Assembly: GCA_043228905.1 (NCBI GenBank)
Contig: JBHGNT010000017.1
Span: forward strand, 14,136,001-14,200,000
From: Azolla caroliniana
Taxonomy: Eukaryota > Plantae > Polypodiophyta
Length of the DNA stretch: 64,000 bases
Direction of reading: 5' to 3'
The notes below the pieces were generated by a model. It saw only the letters and a list, made by a program, of their open reading frames with translations. It made no database searches and had not been told where the DNA came from. This document shows, one piece after another, positions 1-12,168 of the stretch (positions are counted from its first letter, which is position 1; every line of letters begins with the position of its first letter). A program made the translations under genes and the position numbers.

Positions 1-519
1 GCTCTCTGTTGAGTGTGAATGTCTAATAATCTATTTTTTCGCTAATCACTCTACATTCGAGTCTTATGAAGTCCCACTTCCAATTATAGAAATTCAGGCT
101 ATGGATGTAATAATTCAAAAACTTGAAATGGAGTTTGTTATATATGTAGATACAGATAGGGAACCAACTAGTGTTTTGGGTAGAGAAATGACGATTTGGT
201 TTTGTTCAAATGGCTTTATGATTTGGTCTGGTTTAGGTTTAAGATTTTTTAATGGTTTGGTTTAGGGTCTAAGAAACCAAACAAAACATTGCTGATTCCT
301 ACTCTCACATGAGCGAAGGTCTATGTTCCCCTAATACTGGGCAATTCTAATCTTGAATTTGGTGACTTATTCTATAGAGTTTTTGTAGGTTCATTTTGGG
401 ATCTATGCATAGATTATGATTTCTTGTTCTGGGAGCGAATGTGCTCTTTGACAGGCGGTTGGAATTTCAAAGTGAGTATGTTGTGAGAATGTCTCATTAG
501 GGTCTAGTTTAGTAGAATC

Positions 520-2620
520 TGTTGAAAATGCAGGGATCTTAGACTAACTCTCACACAGCAACGTCACGTAGAAGACTTAAGGAGAAATCAGTAGTAGATC
601 AGGAAAAACGAGGTTATGATTACAAAGATGTAGAATGGTTTATATAGCCAATATCTACAGGTAACTGGAAACCCAACAGTCCGTCACTTAACTAGGTTCA
701 CACTATTCTAACTATGTTCACACCAAAGCTTTCATAGGATACACATTAAGTGTAACAAATCCCCCTGAAGCGGAAGGTGTGAACTTGAATGTTGTCACTA
801 TCTAGGCGTTGGAAGAATGCCCAATTCCTTTCGAAAACATTCAAACTTTCCTCTGGACATAGCCTTTGTAAAAATATCTGCAACATTTTCATGGGTTGCT
901 ACATAGACTAAGATTATCTCTTTAGCATGGAACCTCTCCTCACATAATGATAGTGCACCTCAATGTGTTTTTTCGTGCATGGAAGATGGGATTTCCTGCA
1001 ATAGCCAAGGCACTTTGACTATCTCTAAATGTACAAGTAGGAGATGGTTGCTCAAGCGACAAATCAGAAAATAATCTCCTGAGCCAAACACACTCTACTG
1101 TAGTGTTGAATTCTGCTCTATATTTGGGTTCACAACTTGATGCTGCCACTGTTGGCTGCTTCTTGCTGAGCCAGGGAACACAGGAATTTATCAATATCAG
1201 TATACTTCTATTGATTAGAAAGAAAAATATATAGATATATATCTATTTTTTTCCATTTTCTTGTCCGAGTGACTCTTAGTTGTTGACTTACTCAGTAGTT
1301 ATTCGACCTACTTGATTAGGAATAAATTTCCTGATCTGTTTTTTAAAATTCCTCACAAAAAAATGATTCTATTGAAACTACCCGAACTTGCTGGAATTAA
1401 GAAAATAGACTTTTGATTCAACTTTGAGGTTTTACATGCTTTTTACTAATCAAATCTGGGTTAAAGGTATCCTACTACAAGACAAATCAAAATCAGAAAG
1501 CTTTCAATTCTTATGAGAGATTGGTGTTGATCATGAAACAATTGCCACTGTGTGAGACACAAGGGTAATGGAAAACCCTCATGGCTGCTTGCGAATGCTT
1601 TGTTCCAGGGCTGTGCATAAACCTTTTTAATCGCAAAACTGCATATTAAATGTCAGGAGTGGAGACACATCTAACAACGTACAACTTTCTGGTATAAGAG
1701 TACATCAGTTGGTTCTCCTTTTTCTTGATTTGAGAATTTGAAATCTGCTTCTACAGGAGAGGAGTTTGGTGTGAACTCTTCAAACCTAAATCCTTGTAGG
1801 AGCTTCTTGATGTAATTTCGTTGACACAAAAAAATAGCCCCCTGAACAGTAATGATTTGAATGCTGAAGTAGTAATGGAGATAATCAAGATTTGTAAGTT
1901 CAAATGTCTTACTATGATCAACGTTGAAATCTGCAATTTCTTGCTCATTAGGTCCTGTGATTAGAAGATCATCAACATAAAGCACAACACTTAGTAATGT
2001 TTGTCCATCCTTCAACATAGAGAGTGCTTTCCATTGGGCTGTTCACAAAACCGAGTTGAAGAAGATGAACATGGATCTTTGCGTTCCACGCTCGAGGCGA
2101 CATCTTCAAGCCATACAAAGCTTTAAGTAATCTGCAGACTTTAGTTTCTGCACCTTTAATGACAAAACCGGGAGGTTGAGCTGCATAAACCTCGTCTTCT
2201 AAATCTCCATTTAAGAAGGTGCTTTTAATGTCCAATTGGTGAACCTTCCATCCTTTATTTGCGTATGTAGCAACTGTAGCTCTGATTGTTGTCATCCTTG
2301 AAGTGTGGACGAAGGTTTCTTCATAGTCTATTTCCTCTTTTTGGAAATAGTCTTTTGTTACAAGTTTTGCGTTAAAAAGCTTGACTTTGTAAATCCACTT
2401 GGTGGAATTTACTTTTCTACCTTTAGGTAGATCATGTAACTCCCAAGTGTTGTTCTTGGAGATGGACTCAAGTTCTGATTTCATGGCTTCAACCCAATGG
2501 TCATGTGCTAATGCATCCTCAAGAGAGAGTGGTTCCTCGTCACAAATTTCAGCAATATGAGCATGATGCATATAATGCAGTTCAGATTGCTCATTGGTTG
2601 ATCGGGTTTTAGCTTAGAAG
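520..2620 (-). mobile_element. Decayed Ty1/copia 3' portion (RT, RNase H, PPT, probable 3' LTR 520-757), probably inside a DTD intron
   Basis: ORFs 1972-2571 (WELHDLPKGRK, HQLDIKSTFLNG, KALYGLK), 1671-2018 (LYVDDLLI) and 940-1194 (KKQPTVAASS, DSQSAL..NPIFHAR) are frameshifted copia RT/RNase H. On the minus strand AGGGGGATT (766-758) is followed by TGTTACA at 757, with TCAACA at 520 and a TATA-like element near 640-648. Confidence 0.8.
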
Positions 2621-2759
2621 AGGAAATGTAAATTTGCTGTCCATAAGGGTGTTAATCGACCATTTAGGAACTGTTCTTGCTTGCTTAGAAGAGGCATGTT
2701 CTTCCTCCAATTCCATGTTAACATTTATAAGATGGCATACATAAAAAATCTGATGACCA

Positions 2760-4230
2760 AAATGTATTGATGGTGGATGCTCAAAAGCTCAGTGATATGG
2801 AGCTTTGGCATGCCTGACGATCATGCGAGCAGGTTGTATTCTTGGAAAAATGCATTTATTTGTATTACCTAATGATGCAAATGTTTTGGCGACAAGCAAG
2901 TAATGTATGTGGTCCAATGAAGACACCATCTACTGGAGGCTTTCTATTTTCATTTGTTGATGATGCTACTGTATACACTAGGATCTTTCCTTTGAAGGAG
3001 AAGTGGAATGTCTTGCAATGTTTCAAACAATTCTTGCAATATCCATCAATGCATCATTCCATACACCACAACAAAATGGTCTAGTCAAGAGATAAATTAC
3101 GCCTCTCATATAGATGGCAGACTCATGATCAATGGTAATAAACTGCCTCACAAGTTTTGGTTAGAAGCTATCATATGTCTGGAATGGCCCATAAAAGCAC
3201 TTAATGCCATCACTTCATATGAGACTTGAGGTTAGACACCCCACAAAAGCACTTAATGCCATTACTTGATATGAGGCTTGAATGGCCACAAGGCAAATGT
3301 TGGTATTTAAGAGTGTATTTGGAAGGTTCGCTTATGCATTTGTGCCACCACAACATTGCCATAACCTCCAAGCCAAAGCAAACAACAACTTGCATTTTGG
3401 TTGGCTAAAGTAATGAAACCAAAGAAAAACTCCACTTCAAGGCAAAACTCGATCAGCCAACTAAGAAGCTGATTGAGGTTTTCTCTCATTGCCAAAATAT
3501 GTGGTAAACAATCTCTCCCGTGAGGATGTACTACAGTATAACCATTGGGTTGCAACTATGAAATCAAAGCTGGATGCCACCTCAAGAAAAACCCTCGGGA
3601 GTTGTGTGATCTGCCAAAAGGAAGAAAAGCAGTTAGCACGAAGTTTATGTAACAAGCCAAGTGGATTGCAGGTGGCTGCCTTAACCACCTCAAAACAAGA
3701 GTTTTCCCAGAAGTAAGAGATAGATTATGAAGAGACCTTTGCCCCAATTTCAAGGATGTCTACAATGACAGGTGAAGTTGCTATAATTGCAAACAATGGA
3801 AGAAGATACACCAATTTGGACATCAGAACTGGCTTCTTGAATTGAAACTTAGAGGAAGACGTTTATATCGCTCAACCTTATGGTTTTGTTGTCGAGGATG
3901 GAAAGTAGTAAAGGTTTCAGATTATGTAAGACGATGATGGAAGCAAGCGCCTCGAGTGTGGCTTGCAACTTTGTTTTGTGAACACCCTAACTGAAAGTGC
4001 TCTCTGTCCGAAAGTATGGATAAAACCAGCTAATAGTGGTGTTTTATGTTCAAGTTTGTTAATCATAGGATCTAATGAGCAAGTTTGTTAATCATAGATT
4101 TAAAAGGATGGCCCGGGGAAGAAATTCAAAACTAAAGATCTTGGCCATCTTTATCATTACTCAGCAACTTCATCACAGTTGAGAGGCGATTCTCCTGACT
4201 CAACAATTGTACCTTGACAAGCTTTAGCGT
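2760..4230 (+). mobile_element. Heavily degraded copia fragment (integrase, RT), opposite orientation to the previous one
   Basis: VCGPMKTPSTGG..FVDD (2842-3084), LPHKFWLEA (3008-3229) and DYEETFAP-like DNA near 3720-3750, with many stops and frameshifts. Confidence 0.7.
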
Positions 4231-4666
4231 GAACATTTTTCATGTCACTTTTCACTCTAGGACTGGCTAGAGGTTTACTTGAGGACATTAGAACAAATTA
4301 GATAAATGTTGGCCTTCCTACTTGATGACAACTTGGTTATAACAATGCTCTTCCCAGTTTCTGCTGTCTTGGTTATGACCCCTGCATTCAACAATTTTCT
4401 TTGGCAATAAATCTTTTGGATCTGCAGTTTTCCATTTGTTGAAGCAATGTGGAAGAAAGAAATCAAATTATGTTAACATTTGTAATTCCACTAATAGAAC
4501 AAAACTGATATCCCTAGTACATAGTACATTGCAATTATTCATCGCATGGGAAAACACTGGTTTTTCCTTTGGTTTGGGGATTTATTTGATGATTGCGGCA
4601 GCTCCTTTGGTTTGTGAAATTCTTTGATGAGACAATTTTTTTTTTCTTTTTTCTGAGTACAAACAG

Positions 4667-4828
4667 ATGGTCAATTTGGAGCGATGATGCAGGTATCAAT
4701 CATTGAACTCAGCAGTCCCATCTGTCTGGATGTTAGTTATCTAAATTTTTTTAGTGCAGGTTCATTTGGTGAATGATGGACCTGTCACAATTCAGCTCGA
4801 TTCTGGTAAATCAAACAGCAAAGAATAA
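4667..4828 (+). CDS. DTD1: D-aminoacyl-tRNA deacylase (DTD1-type), last two exons 4667-4692 and 4760-4828; upstream exons not identified in the window
   Basis: Spliced translation (D)GQFGAMMQ|VHLVNDGPVTIQLDSGKSNSKE* contains the FGAMM and NDGPVT hallmarks. The 67-nt intron 4693-4759 is GT-AG, and a polypyrimidine tract plus CAG precedes 4667. Confidence 0.9.
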
Positions 4829-6258
4829 ATAAAAGACTGTTAAATTTTTTGCCCAATTAGTTGGATATTGGAATTTCCAAATTATCCATTCATTGTCTTG
4901 TCCTAGTAGTCTTATCAATTTAGCAGCATTTATGGCCTGCATTAAACTTTTCTAAAATCATGTTGTAGTTTGGATTTATCAGCAGAATATGAATTTAAGA
5001 AATATTTGGAAGTAATTGAGGTAAATTAAAATGGATTGAAAAAGTTGATATTAGTCATATCTTGAATGTTGAGACACCAATTAGTTGAAACTTTGGCAAC
5101 AAAGAAGATGCTCGATTACATCAGAAATGAAAGGCAACAAAGAAAATACTCAATTACATCAGAAATGAAAGGCAATATATTGTGAATTTACTTGGCAGTC
5201 GTATTTGATGTTGGAGCAAGATGTGGTGGAGCAGTGGAGATGCTTGAGCTATTCTACTTCAAGAAGTTAAAAGGATACATGTGTACACAAGTTCACAATT
5301 TTTTAGAGGACATAATAGTTATAGTATCATATTTACGTTTATACTATTCTTTAGATGAGAAAATGCATTATTGGGAAATAGTTAATTGATTGGTTTCTCC
5401 TATATTTAAAGCCTATCAGACTTCACATTATGATCAATTGAGGAAACTGTCTCTCTTTCGTTACGTTGATCATTTATACGCCCATCTTTGTGTGATACAT
5501 TGATACATGTTAGAGCCCATCTCATTCTTTGCCATCTAAACCATTGCGATGTGAGACGAAGTATTGGGGGGGCACAAGTGATAGACTATCATATTGTGCG
5601 CGCTTGATTGCAACATACATTAGTAGTGATATGGCAAGGTAAACCCTCTTAATCTTATATATATATATATATATATATAAAGCATCCTCATTACACAAGG
5701 ATTGTTTGTTCAAATCTATTGTTATTCTTGATTTTTGTCTATTTGTGTTGCATTTTTCAATGTCGAAGTAATATATTGTTTTAATATGGTTGTGATTGAT
5801 TTGGTATGTTCTAAAATAGGCCGAGGTGAATTTGAGTACTTGCATGCTCAAATTAGACATATAATATGAAAGTTTATTAGCATAACAAGCGAAAGTGGAA
5901 TTGGGAGATCAATAGATCGTATATTAAAACATTACTTATCGAAATTTGATATAGCATCTAATATGCCTCAAAGGGGATCAAAGATTGTTGATGAGGGGCT
6001 AGTACATTGTGGTGGAAACTCACATTCCTTGACCATTGAAATAATTGTGACCATGTGCTTGTCTTACAAGAAACAATGATAAGATTGCAAAATGAAATAC
6101 ATGTTGATAACATAGTTCTAGCCATACTTCCCATTTGTGCCATACTCATACACCAATATTTGTATCATACTCATAGGTGAAAAGGCTTTGAGTATGATTG
6201 AAATACATACGTGATACATAAATATAATCATATATACATATGGTGTACATACTACATA

Positions 6259-6300
<42 letters not shown>

Positions 6301-7553
6301 CCTTGTTTTGCATGTGTGAGGAGACAATGGTTTAGTGTATGTCTAGAGAGAGAGAGAGAGAGGAGCTAAGGGTTTTGTCAGTGTAAGAGAGAAGCTCTGT
6401 CAGTCCTTGAGTGTGTGTATTGGATTCTATAGAGAGAGAAGATCAGTCAGTTCTTGTGTGTGTGTGAGAGAGGGTGTGTGTGTGTGTGTCATACGTCACT
6501 TTGCAACAAATTATAAATATTAGAAAAAAAAACTAAAAGGAAAAAAACATTCCAAATGAATTTCGCGTATCATACGCGAACATATGCAAACGTTCACGTA
6601 CATCCACCAAATTGGACGTACGCAAATATTAGGAACTATGGTTGATAATGAGAGGGGAATGAATGACACCAACAAATATTGGATTTGCAAGTATTGGAGC
6701 TTAAATATTTGAAAGACTTACTTATTTTGAGGAAAATGGCATTGCAAATCTAATATATTTGTGAGTTAGAAGCCACGAAAGAATCACTAATCAAAGCAAA
6801 GGTTGAAATGAAATCTAGCCTTGAGGCAAAAGAAGATGTAATCATGACAAAATGGAGAGATCCTCACTAAGGAGATAACAAAAGAAAATTCCAATGACGT
6901 TTGTGCACCCTACATCATCAAGTCTATATGACCTTGCACTATTGGGTGAGTAGGAGTGGAATGTATTTACTTTGAGGGCTTGGAAACTTGTATATGTGTA
7001 TGTAAGTACAATTATACAAAAGATATATTATGTCACTTATGTGTACCTCGTGGAACGTATCAATAGATCGATGGAGTTATGCTTCCTGTCAATTTCGTTA
7101 GCCTTGAGTCCAGACTGGTGTATACCCTTTTGATGGTGAATCTGGAAGGTGGTTGTTAAGCACCTTCGAGCTACTATCTTACTTAGCATTTACCTATCAA
7201 TACTTAGTCTCTCTCCCTTGCTTTACTCTCTCTTACATAAAGAACCTATATTATCATTAACACCACTTCTTAATAAAAAGAGGTTTAGCACCATACAAGA
7301 GGAGCTTAGGGTTCGGCTTGCTTAATTCTTAACCCTAATCTCTCTTAACTTTAATGAAGGATTAAGGAGATAAAAGAGGAGCTCTTAGTGTACTAATAGA
7401 AAAGGAGAATCCCTAAGAATCAAGAAGAGCTTTCAAAGTCACCAAAAGGTGGCTTTTACAACTGTTTACAAGGCAAGTGTCTCCCTAGGTTGGCCATTGG
7501 CCTATGTTTCCTCTTTGTTTTGTTCTATCCCCCTCTTTCCTAAGGTTGGTTGA

Positions 7554-7922
7554 TGTCACAACGTTGACCTAAATATTAGGTTACATCATTATGACATACA
7601 TTTATAATAGGAATTTGTATCACGAACCCCATATGTGGGATATCCTTGTATAAAATCTACCTTGATGCATTGTATGATGAACACTAGAACTTTCTAGAAA
7701 CTTCCAGAGAATACATCCTCATGCATTCTCTAGAATTTTCCTAGTTGGCATGCATTTCTCCACCTTCTTGTATAAATACTTGGTTACACCTTGATTCCAA
7801 TCAAGGTGAACAACACTAGTTATGGAGCATAACTTGAGTTTGTATTATCTTCCTTTTGCCTTTTGCCTCTCTTAGTATTTAGTTCTTGTCTTGGTTTCGC
7901 TTTGTTCTACCCGTCCATGACA
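7554..7922. mobile_element. Solo LTR (369 bp)
   Basis: Inverted termini TGTCA...TGACA, perfect 5-bp TSD GTTGA (7549-7553 and 7923-7927), and an internal TATAAATA near 7771. Confidence 0.85.
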
Positions 7923-8239
7923 GTTGAGCTCGGTGTCTCTTGTTGACGCCACAATCTCCACAACCAATGTGTCGAGTGCTAGATACTTAACATATATGTG
8001 GGCTAAAGTAACAATGTAAAGATAAACTCTATGTAGCATGTTGTTACATTCCTCATGGGGAATCCAACAACTACAATTTATGTAAAGATAAACTTTATGT
8101 AGCATGTTGTTACATTCCTTCACAAATGAAGAGATGAGATAATGTCTATGACATTGAGTATTCAAACACCATAAAGGCATGTGTGTCTATTGAAGATGTT
8201 AATAGAGATGCAAAAAATATATCTAATGACAAGTAGCGG

Positions 8240-9305
8240 ATTCAGCTTTAATGACAAGTGAGCTCTTGAATGGACAAGATCATAAACTTGTCAATGGATA
8301 GCAACTCTCATGGATCAAGTCATCAAGCAAGGTTTGCTCGAATATTGGCACAGGAATTGGATTAAAATAGTCTATAAAGGAGGAGATACAATTTTGATGG
8401 TATTTTGTCAAATTAGTTGGCTAATTATTAATGTGAAGAAAACAAATTTGATGGCAATAGCGAACAATACAAGCACGACGCTAACCCACTTTTACATACA
8501 AGGGAGAATCAATACAAATGGTGTAAAGCTTCAAATATATTGGTATTAACATCCCATAGGCAAATAAGTGGAATGCATACAATGAGTCTAGACTTCAAGC
8601 GGGTTGGAATAGTTAATAAATGTTTGAGAATCAATGCAATCAAAGTGATGCCCAAGGATGGGGGGTCGGATTGATGTTATCCAATGTTACAGTGGTCCAA
8701 GTGTTGCTTTATAGTGGATGTGTGTGGGGTGGCACTAACTCACATAGTACATGGAATGAAATTAGAGAAAATACGAAAAATGTTCTTATGTAGACATTTG
8801 GGGGTAAAATCCTCAACATCTTGTCTTATCATCCTCAGTTCATAGAGTATACAAGTATATCACAAAAAAGGCATGAACAAAGATTGCCCAAATAAGCTTG
8901 GAATATAGACTGCAAGGTACAAAAATCTTTTTTTCGAAATTGCCGACATAAGTTAAAAGTTGAGGTAGAATCATGGACTCATCATACTAACATGAAGATA
9001 TGCAAGGTATTTAATGAAAACCTAGTGGAGGATGAACATCACTTACATATTGCGTGGTCAATGTATAAGGTAATTTGTGAGAAATATAATGACTCGTTAG
9101 ACGAGCATGATAATGTGAGTGTCAATACTCAAATGTCCACCAAGAAGGGTAAGCACATATGTGAGTGCATTATTTTCACATCGATGGTTTTTATTATATA
9201 GTAGTAACCCCCCTTTTGAGGAAGGAGTCACATACAAGATGATATATTGACTTGGTTCCATAGGTCAATTTTGGCATTATCATGGACAATAAAATATCTA
9301 TTTGA
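8240..9305 (+). mobile_element. Degraded 3' end of an RTE/RTEX-like LINE, ending at AATAAA and a (TC)n tract
   Basis: HKLKVE..KICKVFNENLVEDEHH is a decayed C-terminal Cys/His motif. It resembles the better preserved copy at 59186-60065. Confidence 0.55.
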
Positions 9306-9445
9306 TCTTCTCTCTCTCTCTCTCTCTCTCTCTTTTCGTAAATAATGGCTTTCATTACGAAAGAAAAAACACCACCATGACTAACTTACAACAAACTATA
9401 GAACCCCTTCTATCTAGGGATCTAAAGAAAACTATGACACCAAAC

Positions 9446-11540
9446 TCAATGCCACCCTACACACCAATTCAAATGGCGAATATGATGATATGTGACCTTG
9501 CAGAGTTCTCTCTCTTCTTGGTTGACATTTTGTGACTTCTCTAGCACTGTCAATTGCCACAAAAGAAGTCCTTTTAACTTAAGAACATATTTTCTCACCC
9601 CAACTTGTGAATAAAAAATGAAGGCATTCCGCATATTCCAATTGAACCATAGCCCCCAATACCTCAAGAACTCAAAAATAATTTGAAAATGAGGCATCGG
9701 TTCATTGTTCTCCATATGTGCAAAAACCCAACTGAAGGAAGATAGACTTACTCCTGTTAGAGACATCCACACTAAACTGATACACCTCCAAACCATCCTT
9801 GCCATCGGGCATGAAATAAATCGATGCCTACTATGTTCCAATTCCACCGAACAAAAGAAATACAATCCTTTAGTAATGTTTCTTCTTTTTAATGCATCCC
9901 CTAATGGTAAAGCTCCAACCATAACTCTCCAAATAAATACCTTGGCTCGTAGCATCAATCGAGAACACCAACCTGCCTTGATCACATGAAACCACCAAGT
10001 AATGGGCTTATGAAAACCCCATATCTTTATAACCCTTTCTTCCAACCACTTATGTTTGTCAATCAACTTGTGATAAGCAACATTCGTTGAGATCATAGTC
10101 AATCTCTTATTTCCAACAAACCTCCAATCAAGCTCTTGAGATCGCCCATCTAAATCAGGAATTGGCTCATGCGAAGATAGTATTTGTTGCAACTTATCCC
10201 AAATAAAGTTATAACCTTTTGGAATACGAAATGTTGATCTTATTGTTCGAAAAGCCATCAATCTTCTTTGTGAAACCAACATAGCATCCTTAACTCTTAC
10301 CAAACCCAATCTAGCCATCCGATTAAATTGAAGGTTAAGAATTTGTTTACCTTCCCACCTCAACAACCTTGATGTTGCCAAAACCTCCATTTGTAATGAA
10401 TTGGCACATCCCCTTTCTTGTGGGGGATGCCATTCCACAAAATCCAACATACTTTGCCAAGATGTCAACAAATGATTAACTATCATAGACCCTGTACATT
10501 TGACATCCCTGTCAAAATTAATTACATTCCACCAATTCGCTTCAACCTTCATGTTTCCAAGCTTTATTCCGTTCTTCTCTATAAAGTATGCCACCATTTC
10601 TGTCCAAGGTTGTACACCTTCAAACATGAATCGAATGAAAGTAAATCGACGAGCCACCATATGCTCATATAGATTCAATATTGATGCCCCACCAAGACGC
10701 TTCGGAGTACAAACATGATCCCATGCCAACCATGACAAGGCACTTTTCCCTTTTCTTTTCCATAACAACATTCGCATCGAGCGTGACAACATTTCAAGAG
10801 CTTTCTTTGACCATGGGAGCAAAGGAAGATAATAAGATACCATAGAGACCATAATCGATTGGACCACCTTAAGTCGTACATGAAAAGGCCAAAATTGAGA
10901 CCTCCAATACATAAACTTATCCTCCAACCTTTTGGATACCCACTCAATAAGTTTCACATGAGAAACTTCCACCCCAATTGGATATCCAAGATGACGACAA
11001 ATCATACCACGATGTACTATCCTTCCTGACCACCCCAACCCTAACACATCTTGTTCTGTACATGAAATGAGGACAGATTTATGTATATTAATTCTCAACC
11101 CCGAAGCATTTGAAAACAATTCCCATACATCTCTTGTCTTACTAATATTTTCCCGATTTGGTGCCAAAAACATAATATGGTCATCTACGAGAGCTTGAAC
11201 AATACATGGCTTCCCTGACGGCAACCTTAGTCCAAGCAATTCTTCCCCTATAGCCATATTGTGTAACTTAACAAGAATAGGATGTGTCACAATAGTGAAT
11301 AGTAAAGGACTTACCGGGCATCCTTGTCTAACTGACCTCCGAATAGAAATCGGTTGGGTTACTCCTCCATTAAACATCACATGTGAAACCGAACCCTCCC
11401 CTAATGTGTATATCAACTTAGACATACGATCACCAAAACCCATATGAGACATCAATTGATTTATAAATGACCAATCCACATTATCATAGGCTTTCTCGAT
11501 ATCCAATTGTAGCAACACTAATTCTTGTTTAGACTCCTTT
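9446..11540 (-). CDS. L1 ORF2, 3' half (RT core and C-terminal zinc finger)
   Basis: LDIEKAYD, RQGCPVSPLLF, ALVDD (YADD equivalent), HLGYPIG, PKRLGG and KVFIWR..C..H..C. It joins the 5' half in frame (IDYA|KESKQ), giving 1283 aa with no stop. Confidence 0.9.
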
Positions 11541-11545
11541 GCATA

Positions 11546-12137
11546 TGTTGGGATTACGGTCCCTCCGAATGGGATGGTCGGATGTCCGGGAATCGGATGA
11601 CGAAGACCCCGGCTACGGAGCCGGATGACGAAGACCCCGGCTACGGAGCCGGATGACGAAGTATGTACCCGGAGAGAGATCCGGATGCGGGGACATATTT
11701 GTGAATATGTTTGCCAAGGGCCCTTGAGGCTATATTTGTAAATAGCCCGAAAGTCATATGTGTATAAATATGACTTAGGGCAAACAGTTTTGTTGTTGTT
11801 ACTCTTTTTTCTGGTTTTCCACTTAGAGGGAGCTAAGTGAGCAGCCGAGAGAGAGAGAGAGAGAGAGAGACGAAGAGGTCGTTGCCTCTGTGTATTACCG
11901 CCGCCTGTGGCGAAGACAGTGAGCTCAAGGTTGTTGCCTTGTAGCTGCACCATTGTACATCTCTGTTCATAGTGATAGTTGGAGTTTGAGGACTCCCGTG
12001 GTTTTTCCCATTTAGGGTTTTCCACGTAAAACATCCTGTGCACTCTTCTCTCTATTGTCTTCGTGCATTGTGTATTTCCTGTTTTTTGTGAGTTGATCCT
12101 ATTCCTCGGTTGTGGCCGAGCACTGCCTTTTTTAACA
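11546..12137 (+). repeat. 5' LTR of the Tork-like copia
   Basis: TGTTGGGATT...TTAACA, with an internal 30-bp tandem repeat, TATAAATA and a GGGTTTTCCACGT motif. Confidence 0.95.
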
Positions 12138-12140
12138 AAG

Positions 12141-12152
12141 TGGTATCAGAGC
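12141..12152 (+). promoter_or_regulatory. Primer-binding site, initiator tRNA-Met
   Basis: TGGTATCAGAGC, 3 nt after the LTR end. Confidence 0.95.
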
Positions 12153-12168
12153 GAGGTTGACACAGAAA

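Noticed and set aside
157-301. Possible degenerate relative of the hAT MITE
   Set aside because: The right end resembles the TIR (CATTGCTGATTCCTA), but there is no convincing left TIR or TSD.
9446-12043. 865-aa ORF as a novel fusion protein
   Set aside because: It is the antisense strand of the copia LTR happening to read in frame into the broken L1 RT. The other LTR copy is frameshifted by a GA unit, so the frame is not conserved.
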